The notes under the pieces: generated by a model | What the model saw: only the letters and a program-made list of their open reading frames with translations | Database searches by the model: none | What the model was told of the DNA's origin: nothing | Shown here: piece by piece, positions 34,445 to 49,400 of the stretch | How positions within the stretch are numbered: the first letter of the stretch is position 1 | Layout of the letters: every line of letters starts with the position of its first letter | Assembly: GCA_964016885.1 (NCBI GenBank) | Contig: OZ024744.1 | Location: 135,532,001 to 135,596,000 of the forward strand | DNA length: 64,000 bases | Direction of reading: 5' to 3' | DNA from: Eledone cirrhosa | Taxonomy: Eukaryota | Position numbers and translations under genes: made by a program

Positions 34445-37400
34445 TGACATGGGCTAGACAAGTAATTACAGACTATTGTCCTACATACATGGGTTGGACA
34501 AGTTATTACAGGCTATTGACCTACATACATGGGTTGGACAAGTTATTACAGACTATTGTCCTACCTGGCATGGGTTGGACAATGTATTACAGACTATTGT
34601 CCTACCTGTCATGGGTTGGACAAGTTATTACAGACTATTGTCCTACCTGTCATGGGTTGGACAAGTTATTACAGACTATTGTCCTACCTGTCATGGGTTG
34701 GACAAGTTATTACAAACTATTGTCCTACATACATGGGTTGGACAAGTTATTACAGACTATTGCCCTACCTGTCATGGGTTGGACAAGTTATTACAGACTA
34801 TTGTCCTACCTGTCATGGGTTGGACAAGTTATTACAGACTATTGTCCTACATACATGGGTTGGACAAGTTATTACAGACTATTGCCCTACCTGTCATGGG
34901 TTGGACAAGTTATTACAGACTATTGCCCTACCTGTCATGGGTTGGACAATGTATTACAGACTATTGTCCTACCTGTCATGGGTTGGACAAGTTATTACAG
35001 ACTATTGTCCTACATACATGGGTTGGACAAGTTATTACAGACTATTGTCCTACCTGTCATGGGTTGGACAAGTTATTACAGACTATTGTCCTACATACAT
35101 GGGTTGGACAAGTTATTACAGACTATTGTCCTACCTTTCATGGGTTGGACAAGTTATTACAGACTATTGTCCTACATACATGGGTTGGACAAGTTATTAC
35201 AGACTATTGTCCTAACTGTCATGGGTTGGACAAGTTATTAGAGACTATTGTCCTACCTGGCATGGGTTGGACAAGTTATTACAGACTATTGTCCTACCTG
35301 TCATGGGTTGGACAAGTTATTACAGACTATTGTCCTACATACATGGGTTGGACAAGTTATTACAGACTATTGTCCTACCTGTCATGGGTTGGACAAGTTA
35401 TTACAGACTATTGTCCTACCTGGCATGGGTTGGAGAAGTTATTACAGACTATTGTCCTACATACATGGGTTGGACAAGTTATTACAGACTATTGTCCTAC
35501 CTGTCATGGGTTGGACAAGTTATTACAGACTATTGTCCTACATACATGGGTTGGACAAGTTATTACAGACTATTGTCCTATATACATGGATTGGACAAGT
35601 TATTACAGACTATTGTCCTACCTGTCATGGGTTGGACTAGTTATTACAGACTATTGTCCTATATACATGGGTTGGACAAGTTATTACAGACTATTGTCCT
35701 ACCTGTCATGGGTTGGACAAGTTATTACAGACTATTGTCCTACATACATGGGCTGGACAAGTTATTACAGTCTATTGTCCTATATACATGGGTTGGACAA
35801 GTTATTACAGACTATTGTCCTACCTGGCATGGGTTGGATAAGTTATTACAGACTATTGTCTTACCTGTCATGGGTTGGACAAGCTATTACAGACTATTGT
35901 CCTACCTGTCATGAGTTGGACAAGTTATTACAGACTATTGTCTTACCTGTCATGGGTTGGACAGGTTATTACAGACTATTGTCCTACATACATGGGTTGG
36001 ACAAGTTATTACAGACTATTGTCCTACATACATGGGTTGGACAAGTTATTACAGACTATTGTCCTACCTGTCATGGGTTGGACAAGTTATTACAGACTAT
36101 TGTCCTACATACATGGGTTGGACAAGTTATTACAGACTATTGTCCTACCTGGCATGGGTTGGATAAGTTATTACAGACTATTGTCTTACCTGTCATGGGT
36201 TGGACAAGCTATTACAGACTATTGTCCTACCTGTCATGAGTTGGACAAGTTATTACAGACTATTGTCCTACCTGTCATGGGTTGGACAGGTTATTACAGA
36301 CTATTGTCCTACATACATGGGTTGGACAAGTTATTACAGACTATTGTCCTACATACATGGGTTGGACAAGTTATTACAGACTATTGTCCTACATACATGG
36401 GTTGGACAAGTTAGTACAGACTATTGTCCTACATACATGGGTTGGACAAGTTATTACAGAATATTGTCCTACATACATGGGTTGGACAAGTTATTACAGA
36501 CTATTGTCCTACATACATGGGTTGGACAAGTTATTACAGACTATTGTCCTACCTGTCATGGGTTGGACAAGTTATTACAGACTATTGTCCTACATACATG
36601 GGTTGGACAAGTTATTACAGACTATTGTCCTACCTGGCATGGGTTGGATAAGTTATTACAGACTATTGTCTTACCTGTCATGGGTTGGAGAAGCTATTAC
36701 AGACTATTGTCCTACCTGTCATGAGTTGGACAAGTTATTACAGACTATTGTCCTACCTGTCATGGGTTGGACAGGTTATTACAGACTATTGTCCTACATA
36801 CATGGGTTGGACAAGTTATTACAGACTATTGTCCTACATACATGGGTTGGACAAGTTATTACAGACTATTGTCCTACATACATGGGTTGGACAAGTTATT
36901 ACAGACTTTGTCCTACCTGTCATGGGTTGGACAAATTATTACAGACTTTTATCCTACCTGGCATGGGTTGGACAAGTTATTACAGACTATTGTCCTACCT
37001 GTCATGGGTTGGACAAGTTATTACAGACTATTGTCCTACCTGTCATGGGTTGGACATGTTATTACAGAGTATTGTCCTACCTGTCATGGGTTGGACAAGT
37101 TATTAGAGACTATTGTCCTACATACATGGGTTGGACAAGTTATTACAGACTATTGTCCTACCTGTCATGGGTTGGACAAGTTATTACAGCCTATTGTCCT
37201 ACATACATGGGTTGGACAATTTATTACAGACTATTGTCCTACCTGTCATAGGTAGGACAAGTTATTACACACTATTGTCATACCTGTCATGGATTGGACA
37301 AGTTATTACAGACTATTGTCCTACCTGTCATGGCTTGGACAAGTTATTACAGACTATTGTCCTAAATTCATGGGTTGGACAAGTTATTACAGACTATTGT

Positions 37401-40400
37401 CCTACCTGTCATGAGTTGGACAAGTTATTAGACTATTGTCCTACCTGAATTGGGTTGGACAAGTTATTACAGACTATTGTCCTACATACATGGGTTGGAC
37501 GAGTTATTACAGACTATTGTCCTACCTGTCATGGGTTGGACAAGTTATTACAGAATATCGTCTTACCTGTCATGGGTTGGACAAGTTATTACAGACATTT
37601 GTCCTACATACATGGGTTGGACGAGTTATTACAGACTATTGTCCTACCTGTCATGGGTTGGACAAGTTATTACAGAGTATTGTCTTACCTGTCATGGGTT
37701 GGACAAGTTATTACAGACTATTGTCCTACATACATGGGTTGGATAAGTTATTACAGACTATTGTCCTACCTGTCATGGTTTGGACAAGTTATTACAGACT
37801 ATTGTCCTACCTGTCATGGGTTGGCCAAGTTATTACAGACTATTGTCCTACATACATGGGTTGGACAAGTTATTACAGACTATTGTCCTACCTGTCATTG
37901 GATGGACAAGTTATTACACACTATTGTCGTACATACATGGGTTGGACAAGTTATTACAGACTATTGTCCTACATACATGGGTTGGACAAGTTATTACAGA
38001 CTATTGTCCTACATACATGGGTTGGACAAGTTATTACAGACTATATTGTCCTAGCTGTCATGGGTTGGACAAGTTATTACAGACTATTGTCCTACATACA
38101 TGGGTTGGACAAGTTATTACAGACTATTGTCCTACCTGTCATGGGTTGGACAAGTTATTACAGACTATTGTCCTACATACATGGGTTGGACAAGTTATTA
38201 CAGACTATTGTCCTACCTGTCATGGGTTGGACAAGTTATTACAGACTATTGTCCTGCCTATCATGGGTTGTACAACTTATTACAGACTATTGTCCTACAT
38301 ACATGGGTTGGACAAGTTATTACCGACTATTGTCCTACCTGTCATGGGTTGGACAAGTTATTACAGACTATTGTCCTACATACATGGGTTGGACAAGTTA
38401 TTACACACTATTGTCCTACCTGTCATGGGTTGGGCAAGTTATTACAGACTGTTGTCCTACCTGTCATAGGTTGGACAAGTTATTACAGGCTATTGACCTA
38501 CATACATGGGTTGGACAAATTATTACAGACTATTGTCCTACCTGGCATGGGTTGGACAAGTTATTACAGGCTATTGTCCTACATACATGTGTTGGATAAG
38601 TTATTACAGACTATTGTCCTACATACATGGGTTGGACAAGTTATTACAGACTATTGTCCTACCTGGCATGGGCTGGACAAGGTATTACAGACTATTGTCC
38701 TACCTGTCATTGGTTGGACAAGGTATTACAGACTATTGACCTACCTGTCATGGGTTGGACAAGTTATTACAGACTATTTTCCTACCTGTCATTGGTTGGA
38801 CAAGGTATTACAGACTATTGTCCTACCTGTCATGGGTTGGACAAGTTATTACAGACTATTGTACTACCTGTCATGGGTTGGACATGTTATTACAGGCTAT
38901 TGTCCTACATACATGGGTTGGACAAGTTATTACAGACTATTGTCCTACCTGTCATGGGTTGGACAAGTTATTACACACTATTGTCCTACCTGTCATGGGT
39001 TGGACAAGTTATTACAGACTATTGTCCTACCTGTAATGGGCGAGACAAGTTATTACAGACTATTGTCCTACCTGTCATGGGTTGGACAAGTTATTACAGA
39101 CTATTGTCCTACCTCTCATGGGTTGGACAAGTTATTACAGACTATTGTCCTGCATACATGGGTTGGACAAGTTATTACAGACTATTGTCCTACCTGTCAT
39201 GGGTTGGACAAGTTATTACAGACTATTGTCCTACATGTCATGGGTTGGACAAGTTATTACAGACTATTGTCCTACATACATGGGTTGGACAAGTTATTAC
39301 AGACTATTGTCCTACATACATGGGTTGGACAAGTTATTACAGACTATTGTCCTACTTGTCATGGGTTGGACAAGTTATTACAGACTATTGTCCTACCTGT
39401 CATGGGTTGGACAAGATATTACAGACTATTGTCCTACCTATCATGGGTAGGACAAGTTATTACAGACTATTGTCGTACCTGTCATGGGTTGGACAAGTTA
39501 TTACAGACTATTGTCCTACATACATGGGTTGGACAAGTTATTACATACTATTGTCCTACCTGTCATTGGTTGGACAATGTATTACAGACTATTGTCCTAC
39601 CTGTCATGGGTTGGACAAGTTATTACAGACTATTGTCCTACCTGTCATGGTTTGGACAAGTTATTACAGACTATTGTCCTACATACATGGGTTGGACAAA
39701 TTATTACAGACTATTGTCCTACATACATGGGTTGGACAAGTCATTACAGACTATTGTCCTACCTGTCATTGGTTGGACAAGGTATTACAGACTATTGTCC
39801 TACCTGTCATGGGTTGGACAAGTTATTACAGACTATTGTCCTACATGTCATGGGTTGGACAAGTTATTACAGACTATTGTCCTACATACATGGGTTGGAC
39901 AAGTTATTACAGACTATTGTCCTAGCTGTCATGGGTTGGACAAGTTATTACAGACTATTGTCCTACCTGTTATGGGATGGACAAGTTATTACAGACTATT
40001 GTCCTACCTGTCATCGGTTGGACAAGTTATTACAGACTATTGTCCTACATACATGGGTTGGACAAGTTATTACAGACTATTGTCTTACCTGTCATGGGTT
40101 GGGCAAGTTATTACAGAGTATTGTCCTACATACATGGGTTGGACAAGTTATTACAGACTATTGTCCTACCTGTCATTGGTTGGACAAGGTATTACAGACT
40201 ATTGTCCTACCTGTCATGGGTTGGACAAGTTATTAGAGACTATTTTCCTACCTGTGATTGGTTGGACAAGTTATTACAGACTATTGTCCTACCTGGCATG
40301 GGTTGGACAAGTTATTACAGACTATTGTACTACCTGTCATGGGTTGGACAAGTTATTACAGACTATTGTCCTACCCGTCACGGGCTGGACAAGTTATTAC

Positions 40401-43400
40401 AGACTATTGTCTTACATACATGGGTTGGACAAGTTATTACAGACTATTGTCCTACCTGTCATGGGTTGGACAAGTTATTACACACTATTGTCCTACCTGT
40501 CATGGGTTGGACAAGTTATTACAGACTATTCTCCGACCTGTCATTGGTTGGACAAGGTATTACAGACTATTGTCCTACCTGTCATGGGTTGGACAAGTTA
40601 TTACAGACTATTCTCCGACCTGTCATTGGTTGGAAAGGTATTACAGACTATTGTCCTACCTGTCATGGGTTGGACAAGTTATTACAGACTATTCTCCGAC
40701 CTGTCATTGGTTGGACAAGTTGTTACAGACTATTGTCCTACATGTCATGGGTTGGACAAGTTATTACAGACTATTGTCCTACCTGTCATGGTTTGGACAA
40801 GTTATTACAGACTATTGTCCTACCTGTCATTGGTTGGACAAGGTATTACAGACTATTGTCCTACCTGTCATGGGTTGGACAAGTTATTACAGACTATTCT
40901 CCTACCTGTCATTGGTTGGACAAGGTATTACAGACTATTGTCCTACCTGTCATGGGTTGGACAAGTTATTACAGACTATTGTCCTACATGTCATGGGTTG
41001 GACAAGTTATTACAGACTATTGTCCTACATACATGGGTTGGACAAGTTATTACAGACTATTGTCGTAGCTGTCATGGGTTGGACAAGTTATTACAGACTA
41101 TTGTCCTACCTGTCATGGGATGGACAAGTTATTACAGACTATTGTCCTACCTGTCATCGGTTAGACAAGTTATTACAGACTATTGTCCTACATACATGGG
41201 TTGGACAAGTTATTACAGACTATTGTCCTACCTGTCATGGGTTGGACAAGTTATTACAGACTATTGCCCTACCTGTCATGGGTTGGGCAAGTTATTACAG
41301 AGTATTGTCCTACATACATGGGTTGGATAAGTTATTACAGACTATTGTCCTACCTGTCATTGGTTGGACAAGGTATTACAGACTATTGTCCCACCTGTCA
41401 TGGGTTGGACAAGTTATTAGAGACTATTTTCCTACCTGTCATTGGTTGGACAAGGTATTACAGACTATTGTCCTACCTGTCATAGGTTGGACAAGTTATT
41501 ACAGACTATTGTACTACCTGTCATGGATTGGACAAGTTACTACAGACTATTTTCCTACCTGTCATTGGTTGGACAAGGTATTACAGACTATTGTCCTACC
41601 TGTCATGGGATGGACAAGTTATTACAGACTATTGTCCTACCTGTCATGGGTTGGACAAGTTATTACAGACTATTGTCCTACCTCTCATGGGTTGGACAAG
41701 TTATTACAGACTATTGTCCTGCATACATGGGTTGGACAAGTTATTACAGACTATTGTCCTACCTGTCATGGGTTGGACAACTTATTACAGACTATTGTCC
41801 TACATACATGGGTTGGACAAGTTATTACAGACTATTGCCCTACCTGTCATGGGTTGGACAAGTTATTACAGACTATTGTCCTACATGTCATGGGTTGGAC
41901 AAGTTATTACAGACTATTGTCCTACCTGTCATCGGTTGGACAAGTTATTACAGACTATTGTCCTACATAGATGGGTTGGACAAGTTATTACAGACTATTG
42001 TCTTTCCTGTCATGGGATGGACAAGTTATTACAGACTATTTTCCTACCTGTCATGGGTTGGGCAAGTTATTACAGAGTATTGTCCTACATACATGGGTTG
42101 GACAAGTTATTACAGACTATTGTCCTACCTGTCATGGGTTGGACAAGTTATTACAGAGTATTGTCTTACCTGTCATGGGTTGGACAAGTTATTACAGACT
42201 ATTGTCCTACATACATGGGTTGGACGAGTTATTACAGACTATTGTCCTACCTGTCATGGGTTGGACATGTTATTACAGAATATCGTCTTGCCTGTCATGG
42301 GTTGGACAAGTTATTACAGACATTTGTCCTACATACATGGGTTGGACGAGTTATTACAGACTATTGTCCTACCTGTCATGGGTTGGACAAGTTATTACAG
42401 AGTATTGTCTTACCTGTCATGGGTTGGACAAGTTATTACAGACTATTGTCCTACATACATGGGTTGGACAAGTCATTACAGACTATTGTCCTACCTGTCA
42501 TTGGATGGACAAGTAATTACACACTATTGTCCTACATACATGGGTTGGACAAGTTATTACAGACTATTGTCCTACCTGTCATGGGTTGGATAAGTTATTA
42601 CAGACTATTGTCCTACCTGTCATGGTTTGGACAAGTTATTACAGACTATTGTCCTACCTGTCATGGGTTGGCCAAGTTATTACAGACTATTGTCCTACAT
42701 ACATGGGTTGGACAAGTTATTACAGACTATTGTCCTACCTGTCATTGGATGGACAAGTTATTACACACTATTGTCGTACATACATGGGTTGGACAAGTTA
42801 TTACAGACTATTGTCCTACATACATGGGTTGGACAAGTTATTACAGACTATTGTCCTACATACATGGGTTGGACAAGTTATTACAGACTATATTGTCCTA
42901 GCTGTCATGGGTTGGACAAGTTATTACAGACTATTGTCCTACATACATGGGTTGGACAAGTTATTACAGACTATTGTCCTACCTGTCATGGGTTGGACAA
43001 GTTATTACAGACTATTGTCCTACCTGTCATGGGTTGGACAAGTTATTACAGACTATTGTCCTACCTATCATGGGTTGTACAAGTTATTACAGACTATTGT
43101 CCTACATACATGGGTTGGACAAGTTATTACCGACTATTGTCCTACCTGTCATGGGTTGAACAAGTTATTACACACTATTGTCCTACCTGTCATGGGTTGG
43201 GCAAGTTATTACAGACTATTGTCCTACCTGTCATAGGTTGGACAAGTTATTACAGGCTATTGACCTACATACATTGGTTGGACAAATTATTACAGACTAT
43301 TGTACTACCTGTCATGGGTTGGACAAGTTATTACAGGCTATTGTCCTACCTGAATTGGGTTGTACAAGTTATTACAGACTATTGTCCTACATACATGGGT

Positions 43401-46400
43401 TGGACGAGTTATTACAGACTATTGTCCTACCTGTCATGGGTTGGACATGTTATTACAGAATATCGTCTTGCCTGTCATGGGTTGGACAAGTTATTACAGA
43501 CATTTGTCCTACATACATGGGTTGGACGAGTTATTACAGACTATTGTCCTACCTGTCATGGGTTGGACAAGTTATTACAGAGTATTGTCTTACCTGTCAT
43601 GGGTTGGACAAGTTATTACAGACTATTGTCCTACATACATGGGTTGGACAAGTCATTACAGACTATTGTCCTACCTGTCATTGGACGGACAAGTAATTAC
43701 ACACTATTGTCCTACATACATGGGTTGGACAAGTTATTACAGACTATTGTCCTACCTGTCATGGGTTGGATAAGTTATTACAGACTATTGTCCTACCTGT
43801 CATGGTTTGGACAAGTTATTACAGACTATTGTCCTACCTGTCATGGGTTGGCCAAGTTATTACAGACTATTGTCCTACATACATGGGTTGGACAAGTTAT
43901 TACAGACTATTGTCCTACCTGTCATTGGATGGACAAGTTATTACACACTATTGTCGTACATACATGGGTTGGACAAGTTATTACAGACTATTGTCCTACA
44001 TACATGGGTTGGACAAGTTATTACAGACTATTGTCCTACATACATGGGTTGGACAAGTTATTACAGACTATATTGTCCTAGCTGTCATGGGTTGGACAAG
44101 TTATTACAGACTATTGTCCTACATACATGGGTTGGACAAGTTATTACAGACTATTGTCCTACCTGTCATGGGTTGGACAAGTTATTACAGACTATTGTCC
44201 TACCTGTCATGGGTTGGACAAGTTATTACAGACTATTGTCCTACCTATCATGGGTTGTACAAGTTATAACAGACTATTGTCCTACATACATGGGTTGGAC
44301 AAGTTATTACCGACTATTGTCCTACCTGTCATGGGTTGAACAAGTTATTACACACTATTGTCCTACCTGTCATGGGTTGGGCAAGTTATTACAGACTATT
44401 GTCCTACCTGTCATAGGTTGGACAAGTTATTACAGGCTATTGACCTACATACATGGGTTGGACAAATTATTACAGACTATTGTACTACCTGTCATGGGTT
44501 GGACAAGTTATTACAGGCTATTGTCCTACATACATGTGTTGGATAAGTTATTACAGACTATTGTCCTACCTGTCATTGGTTGGACAAGGTATTACAGACT
44601 ATTGTCCTACCTGTCATGGGTTGGACAAGTTATTACAGACTATTTTCCTACCTGTCATTGGTTGGACAAGGTATTACAGACTATTGTCCTACCTGTCATG
44701 GGTTGGACAAGTTATTACAGACTATTGTACTACCTGTCATGGGTTGGACAAGTTATTACAGGCTATTGTCCTACATACATGGGTTGGACAAGTTATTACA
44801 GACTATTGTCCTACCTGTCATGGGTTGGACAAGTTATTACACACTATTGTCCTACCTGTCATGGGTTGGACAAGTTATTACAGACTATTGTCCTACCTGT
44901 AATGGGCGAGACAAGTTATTACAGACTATTGTCCTACCCGTCACGGGCTGGACAAGTTATTACAGACTATTGTCTTACATACATGGGTTGGACAAGTTAT
45001 TACAGACTATTGTCTTACATACATGGGTTGGACAAGTTATTACAGACTATTGTCCTACCTGTCATGGGTTGGACAAGTTATTACACACTATTGTCCTACC
45101 TGTCATGGGTTGGACAAGTTATTACAGACTATTCTCCGACCTGTCATTGGTTGGACAAGGTATTACAGACTATTGTCCTACCTGTCATGGGTTGGACAAG
45201 TTATTACAGACTATTCTCCGACCTGTCATTGGTTGGAAAGGTATTACAGACTATTGTCCTACCTGTCATGGGTTGGACAAGTTATTACAGACTATTCTCC
45301 GACCTGTCATTGGTTGGACAAGTTATTACAGACTATTGTCCTACATGTCATGGGTTGGACAAGTTATTACAGACTATTGTCCTACCTGTCATGGTTTGGA
45401 CAAGTTATTACAGACTATTGTCCTACATATATGGGTTGGACAAGTTATTACAGACTATTGTCCTACATACATGGGTTGGACAAGTTATTACAGACTATTG
45501 TCCTACCTGTCATTGGTTGGACAAGGTATTACAGACTATTGTCCTACCTGTCATGGGTTGGACAAGTTATTACAGACTATTCTCCTACCTGTCATTGGTT
45601 GGACAAGGTATTACAGACTATTGTCCTACCTGTCATGGGTTGGACAAGTTATTACAGACTATTGTCCTACATGTCATGGGTTGGACAAGTTATTACAGAC
45701 TATTGTCCTACATACATGGGTTGGACAAGTTATTACAGACTATTGTCGTAGCTGTCATGGGTTGGACAAGTTATTACAGACTATTGTCCTACCTGTCATG
45801 GGATGGACAAGTTATTACATACTATTGTCCTACCTGTCATCGGTTGGACAAGTTATTACAGACTATTGTCCTACATACATGGGTTGGACAAGTTATTACA
45901 GACTATTGTCCTACCTGTCATGGGTTGGACAAGTTATTACAGACTATTGCCCTACCTGTCATGGGTTGGGCAAGTTATTACAGAGTATTGTCCTACATAC
46001 ATGGGTTGGATAAGTTATTACAGACTATTGTCCTACCTGTGATTGGTTGGACAAGGTATTACAGACTATTGTCCCACCTGTCATGGGTTGGACAAGTTAT
46101 TAGAGACTATTTTCCTACCTGTCATTGGTTGGACAAGGTATTACAGACTATTGTCCTACCTGTCATAGGTTGGACAAGTTATTACAGACTATTGTACTAC
46201 CTGTCATGGATTGGACAAGTTATTACAGACTATTTTCCTACCTGTCATTGGTTGGACAAGGTATTACAGACTATTGTCCTACCTGTCATGGGTTGGACAA
46301 GTTATTACAGACTATTTTCCTACCTGTCATTGGTTGGACAAGGTATTACAGACTATTGTCCTACCTGTCATGGGTTGGACAAGTTATTACTGACTATTGT

Positions 46401-49400
46401 ACTACCTGTCATGGGTTGGACATGTTATTACAGGCTATTGTCCTACATACATGGGTTGGACAAGTTATTACAGACTATTGTCCTACCTGTCATGGGTTGG
46501 ACAAGTTATTACACACTATTGTCCTACCTGTCATGGGTTGGACAAGTTATTACAGACTATTGTCCTACCTGTAATGGGCGAGACAAGTTATTACAGACTA
46601 TTGTCCTACCTGTCATGGGTTGGACAAGTTATTACAGACTATTGTCCTACCTCTCATGGGTTGGACAAGTTATTACAGACTATTGTCCTGCATACATGGG
46701 TTGGACAAGTTATTACAGACTATTGTCCTACCTGTCATGGGTTGGACAAGTTATTACAGACTATTGTCCTACCTGTCATGGGTTGGACAAGTTATTACAC
46801 ACTATTGTCCTACCTGTCATGGGTTGGACAAGTTATTACAGACAATCGTCCTACCTGTCATGGGTTGGACAAGTTATTACAGACTATTGTCCTACCTGTC
46901 ATGGGTTGGACAAGTTATTACACACTATTGTCCTACCTGTCATGGCTTGGACAAGTTATTACAGACAATCGTCCTACCTGTCATGGGTTGGACAAGTTAT
47001 TACAGACTATTGTCCTACATACATGGGTTGGAGAAGTTATTACAGACTATTGTCCTACCTGTCATGGGTTGGACAAGTTATTACAGACTATTGTCCTACC
47101 TGTCATGGTTTGGACAAGTTATTACAGACTATTGTCCTACATACATGGGTTGGACAAGTTATTACAGACTATTGTCCTACATACATGGGTTGGACAAGTT
47201 ATTACAGACTATTGTCCTACCTGTCATTGGTTGGACAAGGTATTACAGACTATTGTCCTACCTGTCATGGGTTGGACAAGTTATTACAGACTATTGTCCT
47301 ACATGTCATGGGTTGGACAAGTTATTACAGACTATTGTCCTACATACATGGGTTGGACAAGTTATTACAGACTATTGTCCTACCTGTCATGGGTTGGACA
47401 AGTTATTACAGACTATTGTCCTAGCTGTCATGGGTTGGACAAGTTATTACAGACTATTGTCCTACCTGTTATGGGATGGACAAGTTATTACAGACTATTT
47501 GCCTACCTGTCATCGGTTGGACAAGTTATTACAGACTATTGTCCTACATATATGGGTTGGACAAGTTATTACAGACTATTGTCCTACCTGTCATGGGATG
47601 GACAAGTTATTACAGACTATTGTCCTACCTGTCATGGGTTGGGCAAGTTATTACAGAGTATTGTCCTACATACATGGGTTGGACAAGTTATTACAGACTA
47701 TTGTCCTACCTGTCATTGGTTGGACAAGGTATTACAGACTATTGTCCTACCTGTCATGGGTTGGACAAGTTATTACAGACTATTGTACTACCTGTCATGG
47801 ATTGGACAAGTTATTACAGACTATTTTCCTACCTGTCATTGGTTGGACAAGGTATTACAGACTATTGTCCTACCTGTCATGGGTTGGACAAGTTATTACA
47901 GACTATTTTCCTACCTGTCATTGGTTGGACAAGGTATTACAGACTATTGTCCTACCTGTCATGGGTTGGACAAGTTATTACAGACTATTGTACTACCTGT
48001 CATGGGTTGGACAAGTTATTACAGGCTATTGTCCTACATACATGGGTTGGACAAGTTATTACAGACTATTGTCCTACCTGTCATAGGTAGGACAAGTTAT
48101 TACACACTATTGTCCTACCTGTCATGGATTGGACAAGTTATTACAGACTATTGTCCTACCTGTCATGGCTTGGACAAGTTATTACAGACTATTGTCCTAA
48201 ATACATGGGTTGGACAAGTTATTACAGACTATTGTCCTACCTGTCATGAGTTGGACAAGTTATTAGACTATTGTCCTACCTGAATTGGGTTGGACAAGTT
48301 ATTACAGACTATTGTCCTACATACATGGGTTGGACGAGTTATTACAGACTATTGTCCTACCTGTCATGGGTTGGACAAGTTATTACAGAATATCGTCTTA
48401 CCTGTCATGGGTTGGACAAGTTATTACAGACATTTGTCCTACATACATGGGTTGGACGAGTTATTACAGACTATTGTCCTACCTGTCATGGGTTGGACAA
48501 GTTATTACAGAGTATTGTCTTACCTGTCATGGGTTGGACAAGTTATTACAGACTATTGTCCTACCTGTCATGGGTTGGCCAAGTTATTACAGACTATTGT
48601 CCTACATACATAGGTTGGACAAGTTATTACAGACTATTGTCCTACCTGTCATTGGATGGACAAGTTATTACACACTATTGTCCTACATACATGGGTTGGA
48701 CAAGTTATTACAGACTATTGTCCTACCTGTCATGGGTTGGATAAGTTATTACAGACTATTGTCCTACCTGTCATGGTTTGGACAAGTTATTACAGACTAT
48801 TGTCCTACCTGTCATGGGTTGGCCAAGTTATTACAGACTATTGTCCTACCTGTCATTGGATGGACAAGTTATTACACACTATTGTCGTACATACATGGGT
48901 TGGACAAGTTATTACAGACTATTGTCCTACATACATGGGTTGGACAAGTTATTACAGACTATTGTCCTACATACATGGGTTGGACAAGTTATTACAGACT
49001 ATTGTCCTACATACATGGGTTGGACGAGTTATTACAGACTATTGTCCTACATACATGGGTTGGACAAGTTATTACAGACTATTGTCCTACATACATGGGT
49101 TGGACAAGTTATTACAGACTATTGTCCTACATACATGGATTGGACAAGTTATTACAGACTATATTGTCCTAGCTCTCATGGGTTGGACAAGTTATTACAG
49201 ACTATTGTCCTACATACATGGGTTGGACAAGTTATTACAGACTATTCTCCGACCTGTCATTGGTTGGACAAGGTATTACAGACTATTGTCCTACCTGTCA
49301 TGGGTTGGACAAGTTATTACAGACTATTCTCCGACCTGTCATTGGTTGGACAAGGTATTACAGACTATTGTCCTACCTGTCATGGGTTGGACAAGTTATT